64,000 nt of DNA, taken from positions 32,001 to 96,000 of the forward strand of contig CAWCMR010000009.1 in assembly GCA_963796685.1 (NCBI GenBank), given 5' to 3'. A program made the position numbers and the translations under genes. This stretch comes from an uncultured delta proteobacterium. GTDB taxonomy: Bacteria > Myxococcota_A > Polyangia > Fen-1088. The notes under the pieces are model-generated. The model made no database searches. It was not told the origin of the DNA and saw only the letters and a program-made list of their open reading frames with translations. Every line of letters begins with the position of its first letter. The stretch's first letter is position 1. Positions 21,079-32,132 of this stretch are shown here, piece after piece.

Positions 21079-23307
21079 CTATGGAACAAGCCAGTTGTGC
21101 TGGAATGGCGCCAGGTGAAACTCATTCGTAGAATTGACGGTCTCGGCAATGAGCGTTCCAACGATATTGCCGCCAAGGCTCGCGTTAGCGAAGGGAGCCA
21201 ACACGGATCCTTGGAGACCCACTGACGTTGCGTAGAACGAAGTAGCTTCGTACAAATTCCAAAGGAGGCCTGCCTCCCCGTAGTTCGTTATGCCCATGTT
21301 CTGAATCGACACACTCGAACCACTCACGTTGATAATAACAGTGGAACTCGACGGAACATTGATAGTGATCGAGTAAGCATTGACGAAGGCGGACGACGGA
21401 AGGTAGAAGACATTTACCGTTGGATCTATCCCTTTAAGGGTAATGTTGCCGTAGGCAATCGTCGGAGCGGTTCCCGAAAGCTTACCGATTGCCTGAGACA
21501 TTCCACGCAACTGCGTTCTAGCATTCGCAAAATCAATGGGATTGTTTGGGTGGTCGGTGGAAGCATTGTACGTAACGCTCTGGCTAATGCTTTCGCTGCC
21601 ACCATGGTAGATGGCTCCGTGAACAGTTCCTCCAGTCTTGAGCGTTAGATTTCCGCCAGCAACCACGGCAACGGACGACGCTCCCGCCCAGTTCAGGTTG
21701 AACGAGCTGGCGGTTACGTTGCCGCCTCCGGCTACCGGACCTTGCACATCCACGAGACCCGCAATGTCACCGAATGCAAAGACATTGAAGCCATCTGGAT
21801 ATACCGTACCCTCAACGCCTCCGAGGTTAAAGGCCGCGCCCAGTGAGTGCGCGTCAGTGGCAGCATGCGCCCCACAGTAGTAGTATGCAGCTGTCTGCCA
21901 TTGGTGATAGATTGTAAGGTCATAGCCCGTCAGGTAGCTTCCTCCAGGTAGTGCGGTAAAGGCACCTCTGGCAGGCATGGGATTTGAATGCCAGTTTGGG
22001 TCAATTTCGGAACAGGTGGAGGATTTGATCGGTAGACTGGTCTGATTATCCTGCCGATGGTAACAATCGATAAACGATGTCATCCCACCTATGGCGAAAT
22101 CGGCTGGTTTGCACTGGTGATTGTAACTACAGAGGGGCTGGGAGCCCGAACTGCAAGTGAATGAATCCTGCTCGGTGATTGCCGTCGAGACTCCGGTGGT
22201 CCAAGACGGCATTCCCGGCCACGGTTGGCACAGAAAGGCTATGAATGGATAGGAAGGGATGTTCCAGATTCCAACAATTCCTGAGTCGGGCGGGCATGTG
22301 TCGTTCTGGTTCAGGGTGCCGAACTCGATGTTTTCCATCGCCGTCCAGAAAGCATTGTTATACCCCTGCCAGTTATTACTCCAACTCGCTACCGGATCCA
22401 CGACTACGGACGTTAGGTTCCCGGGGCCTTGTTGTTGCAAAACATTGGGCAAGGAATCCTTGAGGACGTGGTACAAGGCCAGTTGGGCCATTTGTACAGC
22501 TTGAGTGGTCGCGTTGGTCCGGAAGAAGACATCGCATATGTTGTTGTCACCCCAACAGTTATTACTGGACGTATCTCCCGAATTAGATGACGCCAGTTTT
22601 ACATATGACCACAATAAGCTATTGCGCGTAGTGTCGGTTGCTGGGGTAAACGGAGAACTTCCGCCATTGGCTAGTGTAATAGCGCCGGCGCCTATCATTT
22701 TATAGTTGAGCTTGAATGCCTGCAATCCCACGCTGTTATAGTCATCTTGCAAGGAAGTAGACCCGGGCAAGGGTAGAATGCCGTATTGCTGACCGCTAAG
22801 ATGGGACTGGAGGTAAATAGGCAACAGGATGTTGTAGGCCATGCCAAGTCCATTGGCATAGCGTGCGCCGTTGCCGCCCTGAATGCTCAGAACCATATTA
22901 TCGAGGGCTTGCTTAGCATTGACGTCGAAAGTTTGCCACTTCGTATGGTCATTGGTCCCGTATGCAACCGCATAGTCGTAGTCGACAATGGCCTGGTTGA
23001 ACTCAAGCAGGGCTGTCTTTATGTCGTTATCCGTGATAATATTGTTGAGCTGGGTTACAGCTGCGTCCACTACTGATTTGACACTTGGGTCTGAACTTTG
23101 AAAGAGGCCAGACGCTTTGTACAGATCATAGGCTGCAGACAGAAAACCCACAACTTCGGCGACGCCCTCAGCCATTGCGAGTGGTTCCACTCCTGTTTGC
23201 GAGCGAGCTGGGCGACTGTGAAGGTAAAACACAGATGCGATTAGTAGAGGAGCTACCCATCGTCCAACTGCAGATCTCTGTCGTATCTTGGTGCCAACAC
23301 ACATCAT
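21079..23307 (-). CDS. Large secreted protein with C-terminal choice-of-anchor A-like domain
   Basis: Signal-like N-terminus; DVQGPVAGGGN, PIDFA, LLWNLYEAT, GSVLAPFA, NEFH. Confidence 0.75.
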   Translation of the reverse strand: MMCVGTKIRQRSAVGRWVAPLLIASVFYLHSRPARSQTGVEPLAMAEGVAEVVGFLSAAYDLYKASGLFQSSDPSVKSVVDAAVTQLNNIITDNDIKTALLEFNQAIVDYDYAVAYGTNDHTKWQTFDVNAKQALDNMVLSIQGGNGARYANGLGMAYNILLPIYLQSHLSGQQYGILPLPGSTSLQDDYNSVGLQAFKLNYKMIGAGAITLANGGSSPFTPATDTTRNSLLWSYVKLASSNSGDTSSNNCWGDNNICDVFFRTNATTQAVQMAQLALYHVLKDSLPNVLQQQGPGNLTSVVVDPVASWSNNWQGYNNAFWTAMENIEFGTLNQNDTCPPDSGIVGIWNIPSYPFIAFLCQPWPGMPSWTTGVSTAITEQDSFTCSSGSQPLCSYNHQCKPADFAIGGMTSFIDCYHRQDNQTSLPIKSSTCSEIDPNWHSNPMPARGAFTALPGGSYLTGYDLTIYHQWQTAAYYYCGAHAATDAHSLGAAFNLGGVEGTVYPDGFNVFAFGDIAGLVDVQGPVAGGGNVTASSFNLNWAGASSVAVVAGGNLTLKTGGTVHGAIYHGGSESISQSVTYNASTDHPNNPIDFANARTQLRGMSQAIGKLSGTAPTIAYGNITLKGIDPTVNVFYLPSSAFVNAYSITINVPSSSTVIINVSGSSVSIQNMGITNYGEAGLLWNLYEATSFYATSVGLQGSVLAPFANASLGGNIVGTLIAETVNSTNEFHLAPFQHNWLVP

Positions 23308-23439
23308 GATATTTTCTCCGGTCTTGTGGTTGCTGCGCGTCAGGCGCAGTGTGGCAATAGTGACGCTGGGCAGTTTTTTGTCAAGTAGGAAATCAGGAGG
23401 CATGGTGCCCGCGAAATCATCGCCAGCGGTCATGCGGCC

Positions 23440-23590
23440 AGATGAGCAGGCGTCGCTACGGGACCCCTCGCGTCTACGAAGATCTCAAGCTGACGGGGAT
23501 CGCGTAGGCCGGAAGCGCGTGGCCAGGCTGATGCGTTAAGAGCGCATCGTGGCGCGGCTTTGCCCAGCAATTCTGAGTTGACGCGATGAT
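23440..23590 (+). pseudogene. IS3-family OrfB remnant
   Basis: RYGTPRV..VGRKRVARLMR motif, frameshifted. Confidence 0.5.
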
Positions 23591-23976
23591 CAGAGGAGAT
23601 AATCGCGGGAATTGTCGGGCTCGCGCTGATTGCCGGGCAAAGCTCCAGGCCGCCCTGCAAGTAGCGTTTGCCGACCCGCGAAACGGTGGTATCCACCAAC
23701 GGCAGTGGCCGTAGAGCGCAGGCTGTGGCCACCATCAAGCAGCAGCAAAACGCGAACAGCAGCAAAACGCGAATCCTACGCCATCGCCGAGGCGACAACC
23801 GCGTCCCGCCCCCGTTGCATCTTCAGCAACTCAGCTCGGTCTCTTGCTCGCAGTTTCAATCCCGTGAACCGAGGCGCAATCTTCATCCTTGACTATAGAT
23901 CCTACCCCGATCCGCGATGCAAGTGTTTTCGTCGCCCGTCGGCGCGATCCGTACGCGGCGGTCAGAGCACTAGGAG

Positions 23977-25092
23977 TTACGGAGTGATGCGGCCAATCTG
24001 ATTCCCGCTACTCTCTGTGAACCAGAGATTGCCATCCGGCCCAACCGTGATGGAGTGAGGTTGGCTGTTTGGGGTTGGGATTGGATATTCCGTGATGCCC
24101 CCTGTAGGCGTAATACAGCCAATCTGGCTGCCGCCTTGCTCCGTAAACCAAAGGTTATTGTCCGGACCAGCCGCGATGCCGTAGGGTTGGCTGTTTGGGG
24201 TTGGGATTGGATATTCCGTGATGCCCCCTGTAGGCGTAATACAGCCAATCTGGTTGCCGCCTTGCTCCGTAAACCAAAGGTTATTGTCCGGACCAGCCGC
24301 GATACGCCATGGAAGTCTATTCGGGGTCCGAATTGAGAATTCGGTAATGCTCCCTGTAGGGGTGACGCGGCCAATCTTGTTGCCATCTCGTTCGGTGAAC
24401 CAAATGTTACCGTCCGGCCCTGCTGTTATTCCATAGGCATCTCCGAGCGGGAGTTGGAACTCGCTTATGGACCCCGTGGTGGTGATGCGGCCGATCTTAT
24501 AGTTGATCTGTTGGGTGAACCAAAGATTACCGTCCTTCCCAGTCGTGATCTCGTAGGGTTCGCAGTTTGCCACTGAAGTCGGGATGCTGAATGCAGCGGT
24601 AAGAATGCCCGCGAGGGTGATGCGGCTGATATTGTTGCCAGCCCATTCAGTAAACCAAAGATTACCTTCAGGCCCGAGTGCGATACCCCAAGGGGCGAGG
24701 CCCGCGATAGGGATTGGGAATTCTGTGATGGTCCCTGTTGTCGTGATGCGGCCGATCTTGTCAGCTTGGAATTCAGTGAACCAGAGATCACTATCAGGTC
24801 CGGTCGTGATGTCTTCGGGCCGGCTATCAAATGAGGGGACTGGGAATTCTGTGACAGTTACCGTGGGCGCGATTCTGCATCCAATTCCATTGGTCCCGCC
24901 TACGCCCAGCGCATCGCCAAAACCCACGACACCGCCTGAGGATACCGAACCGTCGCTACCCGTCTTGCCTCCCGTAGTCGGCGCTCCCGTCCTAAGTGGG
25001 TCTGAACAGCCGACAAGTGTCCACACAAATCCAATGCAAAATGCTTTGGGTGCAGATCTTTGAAACGACACTATTTCTCGAAGATTTTGCAT
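23977..25092 (-). CDS. Vgb (virginiamycin B lyase)-like repeat lipoprotein
   Basis: LVGC lipobox; 42-aa repeats GPDGNLWFTE..KIGRITxxGxITEF. Confidence 0.85.
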   Translation of the reverse strand: MQNLREIVSFQRSAPKAFCIGFVWTLVGCSDPLRTGAPTTGGKTGSDGSVSSGGVVGFGDALGVGGTNGIGCRIAPTVTVTEFPVPSFDSRPEDITTGPDSDLWFTEFQADKIGRITTTGTITEFPIPIAGLAPWGIALGPEGNLWFTEWAGNNISRITLAGILTAAFSIPTSVANCEPYEITTGKDGNLWFTQQINYKIGRITTTGSISEFQLPLGDAYGITAGPDGNIWFTERDGNKIGRVTPTGSITEFSIRTPNRLPWRIAAGPDNNLWFTEQGGNQIGCITPTGGITEYPIPTPNSQPYGIAAGPDNNLWFTEQGGSQIGCITPTGGITEYPIPTPNSQPHSITVGPDGNLWFTESSGNQIGRITP

Positions 25093-26326
25093 GATCGCCC
25101 CCCCGAATGACCACCCTACAGTCCACCTACCCGTTGGGAATAGTGATAGGCCCTCCGAGCATCCGGAGCGTGGCCCGAAATCCTCGAGAAAATCGCTCGG
25201 CTGCCCCATGAAGCGACCTGTAACTATGCGAAATCACTGTCGCGCAGAAGAGCTGCACCCAAATGCTTTGCAGAAGGCTGGATGGTGTACTGGCAATGGT
25301 AGGAATGACGAACGCAACGTCAGCACCTCATATCTGCATCAACCAAGACTGCCGAAGGATAAAGTGTGATGGGACATGGATGTGGATCCGATACCGGGAT
25401 AAGTTCATCGATGGATTTGACATCCGCATCACCTGTCAGTGCCAAATCAACAAGCCGCTTCGTTGTGCAACCGGGAGTACGCGCCGTCCAGGTACCACCG
25501 AATTCTCCGCCCGAGCTGCCTTCAGGAACAGCAGCAAAAACCTGCCAGTGTGAGAGCTACACCGTTGAGTGTTGCGGTTTGAGGCATAACCGCAATCCAG
25601 CATCTGGCAGAAACCGTGGCTTCCTCCTACAACCGACGCCCAGCCACCGCCTCCGCCCCCTCCTGCACTCGACCCAGTACCGCACCCGCTTGCAATTGCA
25701 TCGGACGCTCCGGTTCCATCATTGCTGCCAGGTTCGCCCGTGGCCGCAGCATCCCCCCCGTCTGTTGGCCGAGGCACCCTCAACGAAGCACAAGGCCCGG
25801 ACTGAGCTATTCCATATGCGCTAGAATCCGACAGAGACATCCCGAACGAGTAGGTTACCACCATGCTAGAGATGATACCAACTGTTGGCGGTCGTTCGAA
25901 CACTTTGTGGCAAGCGATCAATCGAGTCTCGCCTCAATGCGGCGTCGAGGTTTAACTTCGGCTCGACAGCATCCTGAGGAAAACGCACGATTTCGCGTCA
26001 CCGCCGAGCAAGGACATAGGGTATGTGTCAAGCACTCTGAACATGCAAAGAACGCAATACCAAGAAGGGTTGGGCCCTCGCCAAGGTGGTCTGCAGCTTC
26101 GCCAGAACCAAGCAGGTCGATCGCGCAGTCATTCGTTGCCTAGACCGCAGCATCCCGCGTTGCTTGGGTTCTCGGACGAGGATACGTGGCGGCCCAGCCA
26201 GCCGTATTCTTGCTCGATTCATTGCCCCACGTCGCCGTGCATGCGCACGAGTTTCTGCCAGAAGCCAGTTTCACGCTTCGGTCAACTGCCCTGCGCTCTG
26301 GCGGATGGACACGTAGACGCGGGGGT

Positions 26327-27886
26327 CAGCCCTTTCAAGGTGTCCTCTTTGACGCCGCATCTGCGAGCAGTCTGGCAGTAGACACATGAGTGTGCTTGGC
26401 AAACCGAGTCCGCTTCGGTACTGGATTCTTCGGGCCACGGGGATGGCTTCGGAATGCCGCTAAATTCACGTGGCCAGCAAGAGCGACCAGAGTTGCCCCG
26501 AGCTGCTGCGGTGTCATGGTTTGGAAGGACTCCCAATGGGGCTCCTCGATCGCGATCATCATGCCTCGGTATTGTGCACCGGACTTCATCCGCGATGTAG
26601 TAGCCAGACACCTCGGCTCGCACGCGCTCATGTCCGTGCTTTGCGCGCAACGCCGCCTTGACAGTTGACAGGATATTGTAAGCGGCCAGCGCGAGACAGA
26701 AAGCGAATAGCGCTGCCTTGGGATAGCCGAGCGTATCGATCTCGCCCGACAGAGTCGCAGCCAACTCCTGGAAAGCCGTCTCGATATTCCAGCGTGTCCG
26801 GTAGAGCGCCGCGATTCGGTTCGCCGGAGCTACCTCTTCCGGCAGGGTCGTGAGGACGTCGACCTCCGACTCGCCATCGCGGGTTGGCGTCTTCAGCTTG
26901 ATCGTGATTCGGCGCACGTGCAACGTCCGACCATCTCGCTCTCCCTCCCACACCAAAACCTCCTGCTCCGAGACGATTCCCCCTTCGATGCGACCGCGCT
27001 TGCGCAGTGGCCCCGCGGGCTCCCACGACAGTCCTGCATGCTGCCGGGTGATGAAGTAGGCGTCTTTGTCCGCAATGCCGAACACCAACCGCGTTGTGCA
27101 GAAGTTGCGGTCATCGAGCCACACATCCCGCGGCCGGACCAAGTTCAAAATGGCCGACGTCAGAGAGCGTTCCTGGGCGTGGCCGTCTTCGCACGGAATC
27201 ACGTTCGTGATCAGCTTGAGCGCCGGATCGAACACCACCAGGCAATGGCCAGGTAGCGGCCCAGCCTTGCTACCATGCAGTACCTTGAGTCGACGCTCAG
27301 TCGCCGCCAGATGGTTTCCGTCCAGAATCCGCAGCCGATATCCCGGCACTGGCGGTTCGAATTGGCCGCCCATCGCCTCGACCACTGGAGCCAGACGTTC
27401 GTGCGTGTGCTCAGTCAGCGCCGCTGCCAACCCCGGCTCGAACCTGTCGAGCTTGTCATAGACCGCGGTCACAGAAACCGAGACATCATCCTTGATCGCC
27501 TGGTAAGCCGCATGAACAGATGGACGGATTCGGAAGACCACCAACGACATCAGGTTGACCAGCGCCGAGAAGAGTAGCTCGCGCACGTACTGCCGTTCGG
27601 CCTTGGCCGCGAACAGCTCGTCCAACGCATCCGGCGAAAGCGCGTTCTCCAGAACGCCGCGTGCCATCACGCTAATGGGGCTCGCCTTGATGAATCGTGC
27701 AAACACCTCTCCCAATAGTTCCGCTTTGCTTCCCAGTGCAGCCTTGTCGTCGGCCATGGCAGTCGCTCCTGCACCGACCACAAAGCCACGGTGCGGGGGA
27801 ATCCTCGTAGGCGGGTGGCCTTCTCGCAAAAAACTTGCACGTTTATTCCCGCCGCATCACCCTGCGAGTGCACCTTGAAAGGGCTG
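26327..27886 (-). mobile_element. IS4-family element with 16-bp perfect IRs and 10-bp target duplication
   Basis: CAGCCCTTTCAAGGTG...CACCTTGAAAGGGCTG; ACGCGGGGGT at 26317-26326 and 27887-27896. Confidence 0.92.
26335..27757 (-). pseudogene. IS4 DDE transposase with a frameshift near 26572
   Basis: ILDGNHL, DDRNF, LYRTRWNIETAF (YREK-like); C-terminus YRGMMIAI continues in another frame. Confidence 0.85.
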
Positions 27887-28123
27887 ACGCGGGGGTCAAT
27901 GCCTATTGAGAATACCACCTGCAATGTGGGACAGGCGGATCGTTCGGAAGGCCTCCAGGAACATGAAGTCGAGCGCGGGGCCTTCCTTCCGCGTGGCAGA
28001 CTTCATGACTGCCGATGTAGACGCAAATGCGTGGAGCGACCACAAGGCGAATCGCCCACTGGCTCGGGTCTGCCACGGATGGTACCTTGTGGCCGACAAG
28101 GCTCATACGACAACGTGCTGTTG

Positions 28124-29065
28124 TCACTGGTACCCATCGAATGACCAGGTCATCGATTGCGCATCGGCGCCTTTGCTTGGAGTGGAAAGATAGGCCCCAC
28201 TCCACAAATTCGCCATGTTCAACAGGTGAAGCGTCCCCGGCCTTGTTCCACCGGCATAGGGATACTGTTGGGAACCGTTAAAGTACCACATCAGAGTCAT
28301 TGTAAACGTGCCGAAATTCGACAAATGATTGCTGCCATAATTTGGCTTCTCAACAATCCATTCCGTTGAGACCCCCAGAAACTGGGTATTCGATGGTCTT
28401 CCCACGGTTGTGGGAACATAGACCTCTCCCCCGCCGGAGGATTGCCACACCCACATTCCGAAAGAGGCATCGCCATTGCTATTGAGTTTTGATGCAAGGA
28501 CTTCAACAGTCATGCCGGGTAGTATTGTGACAGCCAAAACCGATTCTTGATTGGGGACGTACTCAACCCAAGCTCGATAAATTACCAAATTCATTATGCC
28601 AGGTACCCAGAATGAGATTTGCTCTGTGCCTGTTTGCATTAGGTCAACGTAGGTCTGATAGTCGTTTAAATAACCGTCCATTCCCACCCAGAAGGACGTT
28701 GCGTCCACCGCATTTGCCTCCTCACCCATGATCTGAGGTACAGTCCAAGCACCGATCGCATAGTGATTGTAGCCATTGGGGTCGCCCGCGAGGATAGCTC
28801 CGCTCCAATGATCACTAGCGGGATCCCACACGTCTTGTGCTTGCCCCTGTGGCATGAGTGGAGCAGCCACCGTTCCTGGAACGGCTGCGAGATTGGAAGC
28901 ACCAATCTCGTGATTGCGTTCCGGATTTGGAATGGTCTTTGAGGAACCTATGGCAACTGGCACTGAAACTCGCCTTAGCCAATCTCTATATAGTTCTGGG
29001 CTACTGACTGGGTCTGGCCGAAAAGGGTAGCCGTTTTGCATTAGTTGCTCTTGCGTAGGCTCCAA
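28124..29065 (-). CDS. G1 (eqolisin/peptidase A4) glutamic peptidase
   Basis: HWSG, WTVP, WVGMDG, LMQTGT, AWVE, EWIVEKP, LSNFG. Confidence 0.8.
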   Translation of the reverse strand: MEPTQEQLMQNGYPFRPDPVSSPELYRDWLRRVSVPVAIGSSKTIPNPERNHEIGASNLAAVPGTVAAPLMPQGQAQDVWDPASDHWSGAILAGDPNGYNHYAIGAWTVPQIMGEEANAVDATSFWVGMDGYLNDYQTYVDLMQTGTEQISFWVPGIMNLVIYRAWVEYVPNQESVLAVTILPGMTVEVLASKLNSNGDASFGMWVWQSSGGGEVYVPTTVGRPSNTQFLGVSTEWIVEKPNYGSNHLSNFGTFTMTLMWYFNGSQQYPYAGGTRPGTLHLLNMANLWSGAYLSTPSKGADAQSMTWSFDGYQ

Positions 29066-29291
29066 AGGATTACCAGCAAGTGGAGGGCGTACTGGAGCAT
29101 AGGCGGAACAAGCGCCATTTTTCCTTCGCCGAATCGCCTCCCCAAATTGTCTGATATAAGAATGTTACGTAAACTACATTCGCCCCGATGCGCGAGTTCT
29201 CGACCATGCCCGTGGCCAAGTTCCTGAAGTGCGGGGCTGTCATTCACGAGCGGGACGGCGGGCCGCGCCCGCGCTACCGTCTGGAGGTCAC

Positions 29292-29792
29292 ATGAACGAC
29301 GAGGCGCACCTACGAGCCCAGATCCAAAGAGACCGCCCGCTAGGCGGAGGAAGAGTCGACGACAGGCCGGAGGTGGCGAAGCTGCTCGCCGCCGTCAAGG
29401 AGGCTCTCCCCGAGCTGGAGAAGTTGCGCGACAAGTGCGCGGCGCGCGTCGACGAGGACGCTGTTTACCGCTTCTACCACCAGTCGAACAAGCTGTACGG
29501 ACGCTGCCAGATCCACACGGAGGACATCGTCGCCAAGCTGCGATCACTCGCGCCTGATCCGCGCGTTACACTTGACCCGTACTTCGAGGAGATCGTCCGA
29601 GACGGTAAGCAGGAATGGGACAACTCGCACAACGAGGAGTGGACCAAGCACACACGTCCGATCTTGGAGGCGTTCTTTCACGCGCGCTATTTCCTCGACG
29701 TGCTGATCGCCTACGCGCACGAGCTGGACGAGCCCCCTAGCCTCATGGGGTACGGTTGGGCGGCGATCTTGACCCTGTACGGGCTTCGCTAG
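29292..29792 (+). CDS. Hypothetical protein
   Basis: RBS GGAGG; EDAVYRFYHQS..RPILEAFFHARYFL..GWAAILTLYGLR looks like a conserved family. Confidence 0.7.
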   Translation: MNDEAHLRAQIQRDRPLGGGRVDDRPEVAKLLAAVKEALPELEKLRDKCAARVDEDAVYRFYHQSNKLYGRCQIHTEDIVAKLRSLAPDPRVTLDPYFEEIVRDGKQEWDNSHNEEWTKHTRPILEAFFHARYFLDVLIAYAHELDEPPSLMGYGWAAILTLYGLR

Positions 29793-29801
29793 GAGGGCAC
29801 A

Positions 29802-30668
29802 ATGGGCAAGTCGCACAACCTCACCGCCTTCTCCACTGCACCGTCGACCCTGCGCGAGTGCCTCACCCAGGGTCTCGGCCCGTACCGCAGCTTGTCCAGG
29901 CGTGGCGACATGACTGTCCCGCACGCGAGGCACCTGATCGAGACCTACCCCGCTCTCTACAAGCACGCGGACTCTCCTGCCGTCGCCGCTTCGCCAGCGT
30001 TCGCCCGCGACGGGTTCGGGTGTGGTGACGGCTGGTTCGGCATCATCGACCGCCTCTCGACGAAGCTGGCCGAGGATCCGTACCTGGTCGTGGTCCAGGT
30101 CAAGGAGAAGATGGGGGAGTTGCGGGTCTATCTCGATCGCGTCGCCGGCGCGCCGGAGCCCGACCCGGCGCTTGCCGCACGGCTCGGTGCCGCGCGCACC
30201 GCCGCCCGCGAGGCGTCCCTCCGCACCTGCGAGCTCTGCGGCGCGCCTGGCAAGCTGGAGGAGACGAGCCGGCACTGGCTTTTCGTACGCTGCAAATCTT
30301 GTGGCTGGCTTGACGATATGGCGGAAGCGTGTAGACGCCTCGAAGCACTCGTCAAGGGTGCGAAGAAGAGCGCCTTCGTTCGATCCATCGGCCGCGTGGC
30401 GGCGGCCAAATGCCACATCTGCCAGCACCTTGGTGTAGGCGCGAGGCACCAGCCGAGAGAGGTCAGAAGGAGGTTTCCTTCTATCCCCTGGAAGAAGCTG
30501 GACACCTGGCGCTGGATTGACAGCATCGAGCCCGCGGAGCGTGCTCGCGCCAAGGGCAAGATCCGCACGGGCAAGCAGTTCGAGGCCATGATCCTCAAAG
30601 TGCCCCCGGCAGAGCTGTGGCGGTTCATCAAGGACGAAAGCCCCAAGATCGCGGAGGCGCTGCGGTGA
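29802..30668 (+). CDS. Phage-type Zn-ribbon domain fused to a degenerate HepT/DUF86-like domain
   Basis: GDGWFGII..QVKEKMGELRVY..TCELCGAPG; LDDMAEA..FPSIPWKKL..LWRFIKDE. Confidence 0.55.
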   Translation: MGKSHNLTAFSTAPSTLRECLTQGLGPYRSLSRRGDMTVPHARHLIETYPALYKHADSPAVAASPAFARDGFGCGDGWFGIIDRLSTKLAEDPYLVVVQVKEKMGELRVYLDRVAGAPEPDPALAARLGAARTAAREASLRTCELCGAPGKLEETSRHWLFVRCKSCGWLDDMAEACRRLEALVKGAKKSAFVRSIGRVAAAKCHICQHLGVGARHQPREVRRRFPSIPWKKLDTWRWIDSIEPAERARAKGKIRTGKQFEAMILKVPPAELWRFIKDESPKIAEALR

Positions 30669-31750
30669 AAAGCAAGTTTGTTTTTACCGAAAAGAACGGC
30701 ACCTGGTCGGCACACGATTCGAACGTGCCCGGCGTCTATGGCCTCGGGCCGACACGCGAGGCCGCCGAGGCCGACTTGCGCGAGGCTCTGGCCCCGCTTA
30801 CTGAGCACGATGCTCGCCAGGCCGCCGAAGACGCGGAAGACATCCGCCTCGCCGACGAGAGCCGCGCCGAGATACGCGCAGGCGGCGTCATGCTCTCGCA
30901 AACTGACGTGCTCAAACGGTACAGCCTCGCGTCTGTGAAGGTCGGCATCGTGTCCGACATCCACGGCGACATCGTCGCTCTCGACCTTGCACTCGGCCAT
31001 CTTCGCCGCATGGGCTGCGCTCTGATCCTCTGCCCCGGCGACCTGCTCGACATCGAGCCTTTCAGCGAGGAGGTCGTTCTGCGAATCAAGGCCGAGGGCG
31101 TGACCTGCATCCGCGGCAACCACGAGCGCTGGGCGATCGAGCGGCGCCGGCGGCGGCCGGACCTGCGCAAGTTCGGTGCCCCACCCCTGGTCGAGCTGCC
31201 CGACCTGGTCAGTAGCGGCGTCGAGCTGTCGCGTGAGGCCCTGGCCTGGATCGCCGCCCTGCCCTCATCTTGGTCAGCCGACCTGGCGGGCGTGCGCGTT
31301 GCGATGTGGCACGCGCGGCCAGGCTCCGACATGGAGGGGATTCGAGCCGACTCCACCGGGCTAGCTTTGCGGCGACGGTTGCTCGATGATGCACGGGCGG
31401 ATGTCCTGGTGGTCGGGCACACGCACGAGGCCTTTGAGTTGAGAGCGGGCAAACGCCGGATCTTGAACCCCGGCGCATGCTGCTCGAAGACCTACGCTTT
31501 CAAGCAATCGGGTGCTTCGGTGGAGCCTGCGGGCTATCGGCCGGCGACCTTCGGCGTGCTTGAACTGCCGTCGAAAAGATTCACCGTTCTCTGCGCGCTT
31601 GATGGCAGGGAGCTTGGAGATCTGGAAGATATTCGCATTGCCGAGAGTCGCCTGGCCGCCATTGACGCCGGCCTCGTGAAAACTATTCCGCTGGACGAAG
31701 TAATGCGGAAACTTGGAATTGGGCAGTCGAGAAAGACCCGGCGTAGATAA
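30665..31750 (+). CDS. HicB-like N-domain plus calcineurin-like metallophosphoesterase plus antitoxin-like tail
   Basis: VPGVYGLGPTREAAEADLREAL; SDIHG, GDL, RGNHE, GHTH, NPG; EDIRIAESRL..TIPLDEV. Confidence 0.75.
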   Translation: MKSKFVFTEKNGTWSAHDSNVPGVYGLGPTREAAEADLREALAPLTEHDARQAAEDAEDIRLADESRAEIRAGGVMLSQTDVLKRYSLASVKVGIVSDIHGDIVALDLALGHLRRMGCALILCPGDLLDIEPFSEEVVLRIKAEGVTCIRGNHERWAIERRRRRPDLRKFGAPPLVELPDLVSSGVELSREALAWIAALPSSWSADLAGVRVAMWHARPGSDMEGIRADSTGLALRRRLLDDARADVLVVGHTHEAFELRAGKRRILNPGACCSKTYAFKQSGASVEPAGYRPATFGVLELPSKRFTVLCALDGRELGDLEDIRIAESRLAAIDAGLVKTIPLDEVMRKLGIGQSRKTRRR

Positions 31751-31877
31751 CGGAGAATTCCCAAGACGGTGCAAATCACGGTCTATTTCGCCGCCATCAT
31801 CGCGCCTGGTCTCACGTGCGCCTCTTCTATCAATCATCGTCGTGTTCGCGCGGCAACATTCGGACGTGCGTAGCACC

Positions 31878-32132
31878 GGCCACAAGCTCTACGGCCCCAC
31901 CGGCATCGGCGTGCTTTATGGCAAGCAGCGCCTGCTGGAGGCCATGCCGCCCTGGCAGGGCGGTGGCGACATGATCATGTCCGTGACCTTCGAGCGGACC
32001 ACCTACGCGCCGCCGCCGGCCAAATTCGAGGCCGGCACGCCCGACATCAGCGGTGCCATCGCTCTCGCCACCGCCATCGACTACGTCGAGTCGTTCGGCA
32101 TGGCCGCCATCGAACGCTACGAGGCCGAGCTG
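31878..32132 (+). pseudogene. sufS: Internal fragment of cysteine desulfurase SufS
   Basis: GHKLYGPTGIGVLYGK..MPPWQGGGDMI..KFEAGTP; begins at a GGCC. Confidence 0.9.

Noticed and set aside
23977-25092. Streptogramin resistance gene vgb
   Set aside because: Only the repeat fold is recognisable; the lipoprotein signal suggests a generic secreted propeller.
25366-26222. Short ORFs between the Vgb-like gene and the IS4 element
   Set aside because: No recognisable motif or consistent start; cannot be supported.
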